Below, in pieces: positions 28,801-38,064 of a stretch of 64,000 bases of DNA. Made by a program: the position numbers and the translations under genes. The notes beneath the pieces were generated by a model. That model saw nothing but the letters and a program-made list of their open reading frames with translations. It ran no database searches and was not told where the DNA came from. How positions within the stretch are numbered: the first letter of the stretch is position 1; every line of letters starts with the position of its first letter. The stretch lies in the IMG/VR virus record IMGVR_UViG_3300007504_000006, positions 1-64,000 of that record. One strand, written 5' to 3'. Source of the DNA: a virus.

Positions 28801-31464
28801 TGTAAAACTTTGATCATAATATCCGTTGCTTATTGTAGTTGTATCGTTTGCTACATTAACTGTATTAGCCGGTGTTGTAACATCTTCAAACTCCCAATCT
28901 GCATGAGTAGCGTCTCCTGGATTCGAAATAGTAAATCTTACAGTTAATGGCACAGCAGGAGATGCTCCGCCTTCTAATGGAGAATTAGTAAATGCCGCAC
29001 CTTGAACATATGTATTATTTTTTATATTTTTAATAGTTTCGTTTAACCCATCCATTGCATCAGTTATAGTACCAGTAACGTCAAACCCAGATAACAATGT
29101 GCCTCCACTATAAGTAGAACTTTTTTGATAATAGGCTCCGTCGTTAAATGTTGTATCAGTTGGTGCTCCTAACGCACCACCTCCGCCTCCAGCTGAAGCA
29201 GGAGAATTTATCCAAGCCGCTCCATCCCAAGTTAATACATCGTTGGCTTGAACACTTGTTATAGTTGTATCTGTTAATCCTACTACAGTTCCTGCGGCAC
29301 CTGCTTGATTTATCCATTTGTTATTTGAAGAATCCCACGTTAATACATCTCCTCCTGAAGGAGTTGTTATTGTAGTATCAGTTAATCCTGATACAGTTAA
29401 TGCACCTGCATCTGTTAAATCTACTTCAGTTTGTTCATAACTCATCCAGTATGGTTTTCCGTCTGCTTTTGTATAAAAATATCCACCTTCACCATCTGCT
29501 GGTTGTGTTGGCGTAGACCCTTGTTCGGTTGATATATGAATTAATCCGCCAACATTTACAGAAGTATTAAATCCCCACATGTCTGTAGTTTTACTCCAGG
29601 TAATAGTTTTATCTGATGCGGCTTTAAGTATAATACCGCCTCCATCTGCTGTGTCATTTGTTGGGGTTCCTACTGTTCCTATTTCAATATGTATATCATC
29701 TACTTGAAGAGTAGTACTGTTTACAATTGTTTGAGTTCCGTTGACTGTAAGATTACCATTAACAATTAAATCATCAAATGTTACATCATCTGTTGTGTTT
29801 AAATCTTGATCAAAAATTGTTGCTGTAAGAGTGCCATTAACAATTAAATCATTAAATGTTACATCATCTGTTGTGTTTAAAGTTTGATCATAACTAGAAA
29901 CTGTAGCCCATGTTCTATCGCCTTTTAAAAATTTAACTTCGTCTCCTGCTACTGGTGCAGGTACTAAACCTTCTGTTCCGTCTGTAGTAGATGTTGCTCC
30001 TCCAAATGGAGCTCCACCAGCATAGTTGTTTGCGTGTATTTCTTTAGGAATACCTGATTGATCTTGTGTCCAATCTATGTGTTGATCTGCGGACCAATTT
30101 GTTAATTGATTATGATCCCAGTCAGAATTAACATATGTTGTATTAGGTGGTACTGCCCATACACCTGTTGCACTTAAATATTTTAATTGATCTCCTGCTA
30201 CTGGTGCAGGAACAAATCCATATGCTCCATTTACTGACGAAGATGCTCCGGAAAAATTACTTGGTTTGTTTGTTAAGTCATCATAACTACCGCTAAACAA
30301 ATTAGGTTTATTTGTTAAGTCATTATAGTTTCCTGAAAATGCATCTAATATTCCATATCCTGCAATAGTTGTTGGTACTTCAGTTAAATTAGCAAATACA
30401 CCATTAAATACATTATCCCCCGAGCCTACCGGAGTTGACCATGAACCTAAGTGATTTAAAAATTGACCATCAGATCCACCGGGCGGTAACCATTGTGAAA
30501 CAATATGCGAATGTGTAGATGTTCCGCCGCCAGTACCGGAGCCTGTTCCCCCTCCACCACCTCCTGTGGTAGTGCCTGTTGTAGTTTCAGAAATAGTAAT
30601 AGGTAAACCAGTTTGTGGTGCTTCTGTTGTAGTTGTTGTTGAAATTAATGTACTAAGTTGAGCATATTCTGTTTCAGGTGTAGTTTTAACAACATACTGT
30701 TCAACAGGTGTACTAGCATCAATAGTAGTATCTGTTTCTTGTTTTACTAAATTAATAATTCTGCGTCTGTCAATTTCAGATATATCTTTTATAAATTTAG
30801 TAGTTTCTTTATAATAAGCATATTGGGCTTGCTGTTGAGCAGTTTTATCAACACCACCATCTTTATTTTTAAGAGTAAGATAATTTTTTCTTATATATTG
30901 AATACCTTCGTTCCGTAACCATGACCTAGGTTTCATGCTACCATAGTTACATAATCTAAACAATGACGCTTCTGCAATTCTACGAGTAGGAGTTCTGTTA
31001 TCTATTTGTATTGCAGATGATACTTGGTCAATAGTACCTTTTTGAATAAAATAAATTAAATCAAATTCATATCCTTCAGTCTGGGTATAATCGATTGAAC
31101 CAGTATCATAAAACATACTAACTAAAGCATCCCATTGATGCTGTAAAACAAATTCAGGACTATTGTTTAACCGTTTGCGAAGATTATTTTGTGCTTTAGT
31201 AACATCTGTAATCCATAATCTATATGCATTTGTTTCTGTTATACCATTAGGAAAAGCATCACCAGAATATCTATAACCCATTACATATTTTTCACCATCC
31301 CAATGGCGATGGCCGCGATATAATTCTTTACCTAACATAAAGTTAAGTCCGGCGTCACTTATTGCGGCTGTCTTGGTGTTTATAGGAGTAGAAGAATAAT
31401 GAGGTGATAATGATTGATCATCATAATTTATCTCTATCGGTAATTCTTTATATCTAGTAGCCAT
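25882..31464 (-). CDS. large virion protein: N-terminal GH24 lysozyme-like domain, fibre repeats and PKD-like domains (1860 aa)
   Basis: ISDAGLNFM..KE...D....MGY, QHQWDALVSMFYDTG, RRIAEASLF; PKD-like FTWDWGD and YSWDFGDS..S..ENPT.TY. Confidence 0.7.
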   Translation of the reverse strand: MATRYKELPIEINYDDQSLSPHYSSTPINTKTAAISDAGLNFMLGKELYRGHRHWDGEKYVMGYRYSGDAFPNGITETNAYRLWITDVTKAQNNLRKRLNNSPEFVLQHQWDALVSMFYDTGSIDYTQTEGYEFDLIYFIQKGTIDQVSSAIQIDNRTPTRRIAEASLFRLCNYGSMKPRSWLRNEGIQYIRKNYLTLKNKDGGVDKTAQQQAQYAYYKETTKFIKDISEIDRRRIINLVKQETDTTIDASTPVEQYVVKTTPETEYAQLSTLISTTTTTEAPQTGLPITISETTTGTTTGGGGGGTGSGTGGGTSTHSHIVSQWLPPGGSDGQFLNHLGSWSTPVGSGDNVFNGVFANLTEVPTTIAGYGILDAFSGNYNDLTNKPNLFSGSYDDLTNKPSNFSGASSSVNGAYGFVPAPVAGDQLKYLSATGVWAVPPNTTYVNSDWDHNQLTNWSADQHIDWTQDQSGIPKEIHANNYAGGAPFGGATSTTDGTEGLVPAPVAGDEVKFLKGDRTWATVSSYDQTLNTTDDVTFNDLIVNGTLTATIFDQDLNTTDDVTFDDLIVNGNLTVNGTQTIVNSTTLQVDDIHIEIGTVGTPTNDTADGGGIILKAASDKTITWSKTTDMWGFNTSVNVGGLIHISTEQGSTPTQPADGEGGYFYTKADGKPYWMSYEQTEVDLTDAGALTVSGLTDTTITTPSGGDVLTWDSSNNKWINQAGAAGTVVGLTDTTITSVQANDVLTWDGAAWINSPASAGGGGGALGAPTDTTFNDGAYYQKSSTYSGGTLLSGFDVTGTITDAMDGLNETIKNIKNNTYVQGAAFTNSPLEGGASPAVPLTVRFTISNPGDATHADWEFEDVTTPANTVNVANDTTTISNGYYDQSFTSVAGGDINVTMTLKCQSATGTTGLTEGSYSIYKKDAAVELWTPAPEPAWTTTNNDTVVDLGGPQAGREIEFDTSASLYTHYWMIEFGDGSKFPASANTNGDNAHVESNWIEWASTKTHTYDYDVGGNTVTADTQWSPKVWCRSTTAQGGVGATASLEKTDHISGYIEPVASFNVNNLITGNNDESGDTNAQGATNTQEGHPVRFTNTSANLGTWGDTTFTWDWGDSTSDTVVTGGSNVDGDYLNDIEHYFTLADDLVAETFDVTLKAQNLRGSNNSDTTSVTTITVNVDPRAGFSGAFTNQNTSANGSPDYVDPRIGFDFIKYDPVNGGADANGASNIVQFTGSSTGLTDNGVSLNPAYSWDFGDSNTSSAENPTNTYTNTGSPLLRTVKLITSTDNSYAGGTDDTENKADYIEIRKAPTAPDGLTGSTINPPSSVGTQPHICDDTDDNTAGSSAPPASTAVNRQVTSSMVSDTTQWSNEFPSNGTYAGTLKAHINESADGSPDGMVVFNGSPQVNRYDSSGNVDASGQLEITAERDANLLNHNTYPDNFYKEFVAKVHFPTVPIGYNTMQLKHDDGTSTYQAKWVYDDMTDVPTIAGWGTSVAGTATYRYMSGIAFYNTGASISITGQTLSNLTGQTYRYTTTPLTISNDTGTAISTQTYTHDDMLPPSVKTHTNLHGYVPNKNVGVSTPVTLNDLTVNINGSGLGKDGKIKSRAENVNGSGANVTDTTKLMYWIESPTLDEAALPNNITVGAAVSGAPDLIRINGPWTGTDHDYPAYTDTSNNYYTTYAWDSQNDTLPGTNEAGCYLNEIKHTLEDFSSGYLPANADLGGGGRLSSVTQYFTMCFQRNSMAKFAIKISGKVSSLYIAFPGYDTDNTSGLNGWLDCSTLYGGAEFPGSNTGAGGNGSDGVRRQGTAADQGAFAVNTVLTNAYANLDLGTANTGLATHKHVLVRFGIENGDSVTAISVEDWS
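29756..29890. repeat. near-identical 57-nt direct repeat (78-nt period) encoding DQxLNTTDDVTFxDLIVNG twice
   Basis: Copies at 29756-29812 and 29834-29890 differ at only a few positions. Confidence 0.85.
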
Positions 31465-31467
31465 TCA

Positions 31468-32682
31468 TTAACCTGCAAACCCCGGTGTTAAACCTTCACC
31501 TAGTGGCATTAATTTTTTATCTTCGTGTCCTAACCATGGTTCATGCTCAGGTACTCTTGTACATACACTTTGTAATACACTAACATTTCCGACTAATGGA
31601 GCAGGCTCTGGAGGAACTGCATCTGTAGCACTACCACCATTTAAATCTAATCTTGCCGCTTTAACAGTAGTTTGACCAGCAGTTATAAGACTTCCATCTA
31701 AGTCTGCTTGTATAACATAATTCATAGCAGTTTTCATTTGAAAGTCACCTGTTGTAGCATTTATATTAATTCCATCTGAACCTTCTGCTCTTATTTTTAT
31801 ACTACCCTTTGATTGTATATTAATGTCTCCGTCAACATGTAAATTAAAATCTTTAAGTGAATGATAAGATATATCGTCTGTACAAAACACATCCATTTTG
31901 CCTTCATTAGTAAGTTCTACCCAAGCAGTTCCATCTCTGTTAATAATATATACTATTCCTTTTTCGTCATTAAGTAATAATTGGGCACCACCAGCAGTTC
32001 GTAATCGTATACCTTTATCGATACCTGCATCATCTCCATCATCCATTACAAATTGATGTTGTTCTGGTGTTAGAATACCAAATACTCTACTAGGACTTTC
32101 TCTTCTAGCACCGCTAGTACATGTTCCTCTAATTGCATCATATTGAGCTAATGAAAGAAGTCCCTGTAATTCAAGAGCTTCTTTCATTGGCTTATGAGCA
32201 GGGCGTAATGTAGGTAATTTATCATACTTGTTTTTTTCTGCACCAGGTGCTGGTCCTTCATATGTCATAGCAGACGGAATACCCGGTACTGTAAAATTAA
32301 CATTTTCTTGGAAGAAACAACCTAACCAAACTCCTTCGTTTAAATCTCCATTAATAAAACCTACTAACCCTTCTGTTTCTATAGTAGGCGGAACCATCCA
32401 CATACCGTAAGCAGTTTGGGTGTCTTTAAATGCAGTAGACATTGGTTTTTGTAAGTACGGATTAGATGCTCCAGCAAACGGTGACAAATATCTAACACTA
32501 ATCCATGTATCTTCTCTAGAAGGATGTCCAATTTCAGGTATATAAACTTGTAATCTACCCATAGCGGCCGAATCAAGAGTTCGTTTAATATATGCTCTAT
32601 ACATATAGGGCATAGATCTAATCTTAATATTACTACCACCACTTCCGTTTACTGCTACCTGTGTTTTAAATTCTACTGCCAT
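31468..32682 (-). CDS. baseplate hub/central spike protein, gp5/VgrG-like OB-fold, without a lysozyme domain
   Basis: GRLQVYIPE, W..VRYLSPF.G, YGMWMVPP, beta-helix-like C-terminal repeats, RVPEHEPW. Confidence 0.75.
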   Translation of the reverse strand: MAVEFKTQVAVNGSGGSNIKIRSMPYMYRAYIKRTLDSAAMGRLQVYIPEIGHPSREDTWISVRYLSPFAGASNPYLQKPMSTAFKDTQTAYGMWMVPPTIETEGLVGFINGDLNEGVWLGCFFQENVNFTVPGIPSAMTYEGPAPGAEKNKYDKLPTLRPAHKPMKEALELQGLLSLAQYDAIRGTCTSGARRESPSRVFGILTPEQHQFVMDDGDDAGIDKGIRLRTAGGAQLLLNDEKGIVYIINRDGTAWVELTNEGKMDVFCTDDISYHSLKDFNLHVDGDINIQSKGSIKIRAEGSDGININATTGDFQMKTAMNYVIQADLDGSLITAGQTTVKAARLDLNGGSATDAVPPEPAPLVGNVSVLQSVCTRVPEHEPWLGHEDKKLMPLGEGLTPGFAG

Positions 32683-32685
32683 ATT

Positions 32686-33318
32686 TTACTCCGGTACACA
32701 TCCTAATTCAAACCATTGGTCTGCATCTTTTTCCCTAGACCAATATTTTTTTGCACCTCTACGTCTTCCACAATCTCTAAATTCAAAATAATTTTTATTC
32801 CAACCTGTTCCATAATTTGCATCTGTATATTTTTGAAATAAATCATCTCCGCCATTACCGCCCCAATGAAAACCTTGAGTTTCTGCAAGTTGTCCTATTT
32901 CTTTCCAATGTGCTTTATTTGCAGATGTTACAGATCCGTCTGCTTCATGTAAATATTTTGTTTTGTTTACACTATTAACACTAACAACTTCTATTCTAAA
33001 TGCAGTACCTGTTAAGTGATGACTATCTTTATAATCATGTTTAAGTGTATCTTTTTTACGTAAGTCTTTGTGTTTACTCAATGGTCTAACACCTGTTATT
33101 ATTTTAATAATATAAATGCTTCCGTGAGCTTTTGCATTTATAACAAAGTTTGCCGCAAGTTTTCGTAACTTAGGATGCAATCTTGCTATCTCAATATTAG
33201 TTCCAATATCATCTGTACTAGGAAAAGACCAATTGCCATCTTTATCGGGTCTTTCACCAAACCCTGCGTAACTACCTACTGGAGGTTTTTCGCCAAATTG
33301 TGTTTTATATGTTGCCAT
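32686..33318 (-). CDS. M15 peptidase-like protein with altered metal ligands
   Basis: LHPKL, IITGVR, SHHLTGTAFR (canonical SxHxxGxAxD), IGQLAE..GFHWGG, NKNYFE (canonical DxPHFE). Confidence 0.6.
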   Translation of the reverse strand: MATYKTQFGEKPPVGSYAGFGERPDKDGNWSFPSTDDIGTNIEIARLHPKLRKLAANFVINAKAHGSIYIIKIITGVRPLSKHKDLRKKDTLKHDYKDSHHLTGTAFRIEVVSVNSVNKTKYLHEADGSVTSANKAHWKEIGQLAETQGFHWGGNGGDDLFQKYTDANYGTGWNKNYFEFRDCGRRRGAKKYWSREKDADQWFELGCVPE

Positions 33319-33329
33319 TTTATTTCCTG

Positions 33330-35597
33330 TTATGCATCTTCCCTAGATTGTTGATCGGCTAGTTCTTCTTCAAATCGTTCTTTGTTAAACTTTTGTTGAT
33401 TATATCCGCCTTCTCCTTTTTCCTTATCAGAGTATGCACTTTGAGCTGAGGCTTTATCTCTTGCCGCACGGTTTTCTAAACTAATTTCTTCTTCACTTGT
33501 AAATCTCAATAAAGTAGGTCGAGCTTTTTCATAATTAGTTCCAAGATCCCTTACTGCTCCTAATGATTGAGTAAATGCTCCATTTGTAAATCGTGATATA
33601 ACAGAAGTTACTTTAAATATTCCACTTATTGTTGTATTGTCGACAAATTCCATTTTTCCTGTATCTTCATCTGGTTCTACAGGACTTCTAACATTTAACC
33701 AAAATAAATTTGCTCCCTGTTCGTATATTGCAAAATCTGCTATACCTGTAGTAGCATTTCTAAATTGTTTAGTTAAATTTGACATACCTAACCAAAATGG
33801 ATCACCTTTAATTTCTAAATCTATTTTAGCCAATTCATTACCGCCAGATAATTCCATATACATATTACCTAATTGTATCCGGCCTGTACTTTGATCAGGT
33901 GTTATATTTTTTTGTAAGGCATCATCTGTATCTACAGTATCTGACGAAACAGTATACATTGAAATGTCTTCTTGAGTCGAAGGTAATGCATACGACTCTA
34001 CAAATAAACCACTGCCTTTTCTAACATTTGTGCCAGTTTCACTTGCAAGTGCCGCTTGAGCTTTTTCTAATCCTTCTGCATCTGTAGGATTTGCACCATA
34101 TACCAATCCTTGATCGCTCATAGGTCCATATGTTTTACCATAATATTTTCTAAGAGATGGAGGCAAATCATTTGGTTTTCTCATCTTTTTTGCTTCTTCA
34201 CCGTTTTGAGAAGCACCTACTTTTAACTTTTTTGAATTTTGTGATCCTTCTCTTTGAGCTTGGTGTCCTGCTCTAATTGGCATTGCTCTAAAATATGTGA
34301 GATTAAAATTCATATCAAAATTTAATACTTCTGTGTTTAATCCTGTAAAATTATAATCGTATCGTTTAGTAAGTAATTGTTCTTCTAATAATTTGTTTAT
34401 TCGTTTTTTCATTACATCAGGATCATTAAATTGTGTAGCTAATTCACCTGAATAAACAGCGGGTTCTTTATATGGTGCAAACGAATACAAATACTTTCTA
34501 GAATATCTTTTTCTTTTTATATCGTATTCACCAAATCTCATATCACAAACTAAACGAAAAACTACCGCAATATTTGATGCATCTGTCATAGGACCATCAG
34601 GACCTTCTTGTCGTAAATACCCTTTCCCATCGGTAGTTTCTACACTTTGAAATTCTGTTGTTGCTCCCATTACAGTATTCAAAATATCTGGAATGTGAGA
34701 TCCTTTTGCTATCTGAATCATTAACTTAGAACTATCTGTAAAATGTCGTGTTGATCGGTCATTTGTGGTTGCTTTTAAATTGGCAAATTTATAATCTTTC
34801 CATTTGGGATCTAATATAATATAATATTCATCTTTAATAAAATGTGCTTCAGCATCAACTTCATCTTGGGCACATTTATTTAGAAATGCTTGAAATCCTT
34901 TAACCCATTCGCCTAATGTAGATGCGGCTAAAGTAGAAACATTTTTTATAGTTGGGCCAGTTCCACCGGCATATGATGAAACACCTGGTGATGTTGCAGA
35001 TATTCTATATTGTCCACCTTTTTCTGTTATTGATATATTCATACTTTCTAACATAAGAGGATAAACAAAATAATATTCAGACTGTCCTGCCTCTACATTT
35101 TCTGCATTACCATTATTAAACATTACTTCTAATAAGTATGTTGCTTCTTTTGGTGTTTTAATTCCTAAATCTTTACATGCTCTATTAATATAATCTAATA
35201 ATGCGGCGCCATGTGTTTCAACTATTGTTATGTTAAAACCTTTTCCTTGTGCAGATCTAGTTCCTTGATTCCAACTTACTGCCGCCATTATTTCTAAATC
35301 TACTATATTAAATACTGCCGTTGTTGCAGTTTCGGCGATTACTATTTTTTTCTTATTGTTTAAAGATAAATTATGAACAATAGTTGGATGGCATATACTT
35401 AATCGAAGATAATATGTTGCGGAAGGCATAGAACTTAAAGCATTACCTAAAAAACCCCTATGGGAATATTTTAAAGAATCTTTAGGAGCATAAGAAGACT
35501 TTGTTTTTGTTGCGGAGGCCGCTTGTCTTCGACCAAATTGCTCGTACCCTTTTTCTTGTTGGGTGTTTGGCTCTAAAAACCCAAATTCTTCAGACAT
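33330..35597 (-). CDS. baseplate hub/tail protein (gp27/GpD-like position)
   Basis: 755 aa in the baseplate cluster; KRYDYNFTGLNTEVLNFD, IDLEIKGDPFWL, SGIFKVTSVISRF.NG.FTQ.L. Confidence 0.55.
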   Translation of the reverse strand: MSEEFGFLEPNTQQEKGYEQFGRRQAASATKTKSSYAPKDSLKYSHRGFLGNALSSMPSATYYLRLSICHPTIVHNLSLNNKKKIVIAETATTAVFNIVDLEIMAAVSWNQGTRSAQGKGFNITIVETHGAALLDYINRACKDLGIKTPKEATYLLEVMFNNGNAENVEAGQSEYYFVYPLMLESMNISITEKGGQYRISATSPGVSSYAGGTGPTIKNVSTLAASTLGEWVKGFQAFLNKCAQDEVDAEAHFIKDEYYIILDPKWKDYKFANLKATTNDRSTRHFTDSSKLMIQIAKGSHIPDILNTVMGATTEFQSVETTDGKGYLRQEGPDGPMTDASNIAVVFRLVCDMRFGEYDIKRKRYSRKYLYSFAPYKEPAVYSGELATQFNDPDVMKKRINKLLEEQLLTKRYDYNFTGLNTEVLNFDMNFNLTYFRAMPIRAGHQAQREGSQNSKKLKVGASQNGEEAKKMRKPNDLPPSLRKYYGKTYGPMSDQGLVYGANPTDAEGLEKAQAALASETGTNVRKGSGLFVESYALPSTQEDISMYTVSSDTVDTDDALQKNITPDQSTGRIQLGNMYMELSGGNELAKIDLEIKGDPFWLGMSNLTKQFRNATTGIADFAIYEQGANLFWLNVRSPVEPDEDTGKMEFVDNTTISGIFKVTSVISRFTNGAFTQSLGAVRDLGTNYEKARPTLLRFTSEEEISLENRAARDKASAQSAYSDKEKGEGGYNQQKFNKERFEEELADQQSREDA

Positions 35598-35608
35598 ATT
35601 TTCTTCCT

Positions 35609-35905
35609 CTACTGCAAATATGAACTTATATCAGACTGATTAGGTGTTAATATTTCTACACCTTCATTAAAATCCCATACAGGATCATTTAACTTATCAG
35701 GATTTAACATTTTAAAAACCCACCATAACTGAGGTGTCCCATATAATTCGTTGCTTAAAAGATCAGGACGATTTCTATGGTGTCTTGAAATTATCATAGT
35801 TATTTCATTACCTGTAACCTCGACTTCTGGTGCTTTCCATATTCCTAATCTACCTGCATCCATCGGAGTTAATGCGTATATACTATTAGTTTTATATGTT
35901 GCCAT
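35609..35905 (-). CDS. baseplate wedge protein, gp53/LysM-like
   Basis: RPDLLSNELYGTPQLWWVF..LNPD. Confidence 0.75.
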   Translation of the reverse strand: MATYKTNSIYALTPMDAGRLGIWKAPEVEVTGNEITMIISRHHRNRPDLLSNELYGTPQLWWVFKMLNPDKLNDPVWDFNEGVEILTPNQSDISSYLQ

Positions 35906-36540
35906 TAAATAAATCCGTCCTTAACTAATTTTCCTGATTTAAAATCGTTCATAGTAAATTTTGTTCTAAGTTTACTAGGAGTTTGTTGTATTACCATATC
36001 AATTACCAAATTTAACATGCTAGGTACTTTTGAATTAAATCCATCTGAAAATCCTGCTTCTGCTGAATCTGTTTCTACATCTATATAATCGACATCTTGT
36101 CCTAAATCATATGCAAATGAACGAATTAAAACTGGAACATTACTAAACATTAAATCACCATATGCACTAAATTTTAATACAGGTGGAGGAGTTCCTCTTT
36201 TTTTATCATTCATCCCAAAATGCATTTTTGTTACAATACGTAAAAAATGCAAAACTGCAATCATGTAATGCCCTTCTGCCGCAGATTGAGCAGTTAGCGG
36301 ACCAGACACTTGTAAATTAGGCGGTCTACTTTTAGTAAAATAACTAACAGGATAATTTGTATGTGCCGTTTCATATTCACCATATTCTGCTTGATGAGAT
36401 ATATTAATAGTTGGTGTGTAAGGCCAAATTATCCCATTAAATTTTTTAAGGGGTAATAAAATAGGATTTGGTGCACCAGACTCTGTTTCTAATATATCAC
36501 TATTTCTTGGTAACGATACTCTTGCTCGTATATCTTTCAT
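35905..36540 (-). CDS. baseplate/tail-tube initiator-like protein (gp48/gp54/P2 gpU-like)
   Basis: WPYTPTI, GTPPPVLKFSAYG..MF.NVPV.I.SF...L..DVDY; position in the baseplate cluster. Confidence 0.6.
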   Translation of the reverse strand: MKDIRARVSLPRNSDILETESGAPNPILLPLKKFNGIIWPYTPTINISHQAEYGEYETAHTNYPVSYFTKSRPPNLQVSGPLTAQSAAEGHYMIAVLHFLRIVTKMHFGMNDKKRGTPPPVLKFSAYGDLMFSNVPVLIRSFAYDLGQDVDYIDVETDSAEAGFSDGFNSKVPSMLNLVIDMVIQQTPSKLRTKFTMNDFKSGKLVKDGFI

Positions 36541-37175
36541 CGCCTAATTCCTCGCATTACTATGCCAAATATTCTATCTCTAGATTTAGAATCGGTTTGT
36601 ATGTTTCCAAAATAATCATTGAATAATTCTCGCATTTGTAATTGATCATCTTCTTTTATTATATCGGATCTAAATTTTGAAGCGTTCATTCCGCCTTCCA
36701 TACTAGGTACTGTATATTTGTAAGAACGCTCTTGTCCTGTTTCAGGGTCTACAGAAGGTTCAGGTAATATATTTTCAGTATATTCTTGTACAACATTACC
36801 GGATTTTAATCGTTCAGCATCCTTAACACCTAATGCTAATACTACATAATTAGAAGAAGGATCCCTTCCTACTTTAGTTAAATCAGGTCTGTATGGCATA
36901 GTTTCTATAATATGATCTTTTGGTACTCCATACATTGTTGCAATTATATCTGCCTTCTCCTGAAATGTAAATGGATCAGTAGAGTAGTCACCTGCCGCAT
37001 GTGCCTGTTGTTGTTTTTTACCAAACATAGTAGCGATAAATACGTTGTTGGCACCAAACTTTTCACTTAAATGTTTATATACACCATAATGCCCTTTATG
37101 CATAGGCTGGAATCTGCCTCCATAAAATACAACCGGTGTTTTAGCAATTGCTTCAAAAAGTTCAAGAATTCTCAT
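36537..37175 (-). CDS. cytidylyltransferase-like (HxGH) nucleotidyltransferase
   Basis: YGGRFQPMHKGH, PFTFQEK, G.KDAERL, MNASKFR. Confidence 0.75.
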   Translation of the reverse strand: MRILELFEAIAKTPVVFYGGRFQPMHKGHYGVYKHLSEKFGANNVFIATMFGKKQQQAHAAGDYSTDPFTFQEKADIIATMYGVPKDHIIETMPYRPDLTKVGRDPSSNYVVLALGVKDAERLKSGNVVQEYTENILPEPSVDPETGQERSYKYTVPSMEGGMNASKFRSDIIKEDDQLQMRELFNDYFGNIQTDSKSRDRIFGIVMRGIRR

Positions 37176-37180
37176 ATTAA

Positions 37181-37188
37181 TATTTATT
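37181..37188 (-). promoter_or_regulatory. late promoter-like box heading the ~31-kb minus-strand structural block
   Basis: Minus strand reads AATAAATA-ttaat-ATG(37175). Confidence 0.6.
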
Positions 37189-37198
37189 CGAAAAATTC

Positions 37199-37227
37199 TT
37201 GACTTTTTTTACCTTATAATGTATAAT
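37199..37227 (+). promoter_or_regulatory. sigma70-type promoter for gp55 and the recombination genes
   Basis: TTGACT, 17-nt spacer, TATAAT; GGAG RBS before the ATG at 37255. Confidence 0.75.
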
Positions 37228-37254
37228 AATAGCAGTAAATAACCACGGAGAATC

Positions 37255-38064
37255 ATGGCTGTAAAACGAAATTATTTAAACAATAAAGATATTTTAAAAC
37301 AAATACATTTATCAAAACAGACATATTGTGCATATACACATGATAAATTTAAGGATTACGATTTAATTGTAGCAGAACATGTTAATTGTATTGATATTGA
37401 AGATTTAACAGACGAAAATAAAGAAGAGGCAATTACCAATCGTAAAAAACGATTAGAAATTGACAAGGATGTAGAAGTAGAAATTGATCCAAATGATATT
37501 GTTTATAGAGTTTATGACTTTGCACACATACCTTTAGAACCAGGCAGAAAAAATAAACCTAAAACAATAGCGGATCATCATGCTAAAGTAAATTTTCCTC
37601 CTTTTAAACACTATGTTTGGAATCAAAATAAAAACAGATATAAAGAAGTAGCAAGATCACATTGGAAGGGCACTATTTCTACAGGTAAGTTTTGTGTTGA
37701 ACATGGATACATGACAGATGAACTTGCTAATATGTGTATGAAACTTACAGAACGATATGCTACACGATCTAATTGGCGAGGGTACACTTATGTAGATGAA
37801 ATGCGGTCGCAAGCATTATTGCAACTATCACAAATTTCATTACAATTTGATGAGAGCAAATCACAAAACCCATTTGCATATTATACTGCCGCAATTACAA
37901 ATTCTTTTACACGAGTATTAAATGTCGAAAAACGTAGTCAAAATATACGTGACGATCTACTAGAAAAAGCAGGACATAATCCTAGTTATACTAGACAAGT
38001 AGCACATCAAATTGCTATTGCTGAAAAAGCAGAAACAGAAAGAAGAGAACGAGGCGAAGTATAA
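37255..38064 (+). CDS. gp55: late-transcription sigma factor, T4 gp55-like
   Basis: NYLNNKD, NWRGYTYVDEM, FDESKSQNPFAYYT; lies upstream of gp47/gp46 as in T4-like phages. Confidence 0.88.
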   Translation: MAVKRNYLNNKDILKQIHLSKQTYCAYTHDKFKDYDLIVAEHVNCIDIEDLTDENKEEAITNRKKRLEIDKDVEVEIDPNDIVYRVYDFAHIPLEPGRKNKPKTIADHHAKVNFPPFKHYVWNQNKNRYKEVARSHWKGTISTGKFCVEHGYMTDELANMCMKLTERYATRSNWRGYTYVDEMRSQALLQLSQISLQFDESKSQNPFAYYTAAITNSFTRVLNVEKRSQNIRDDLLEKAGHNPSYTRQVAHQIAIAEKAETERRERGEV

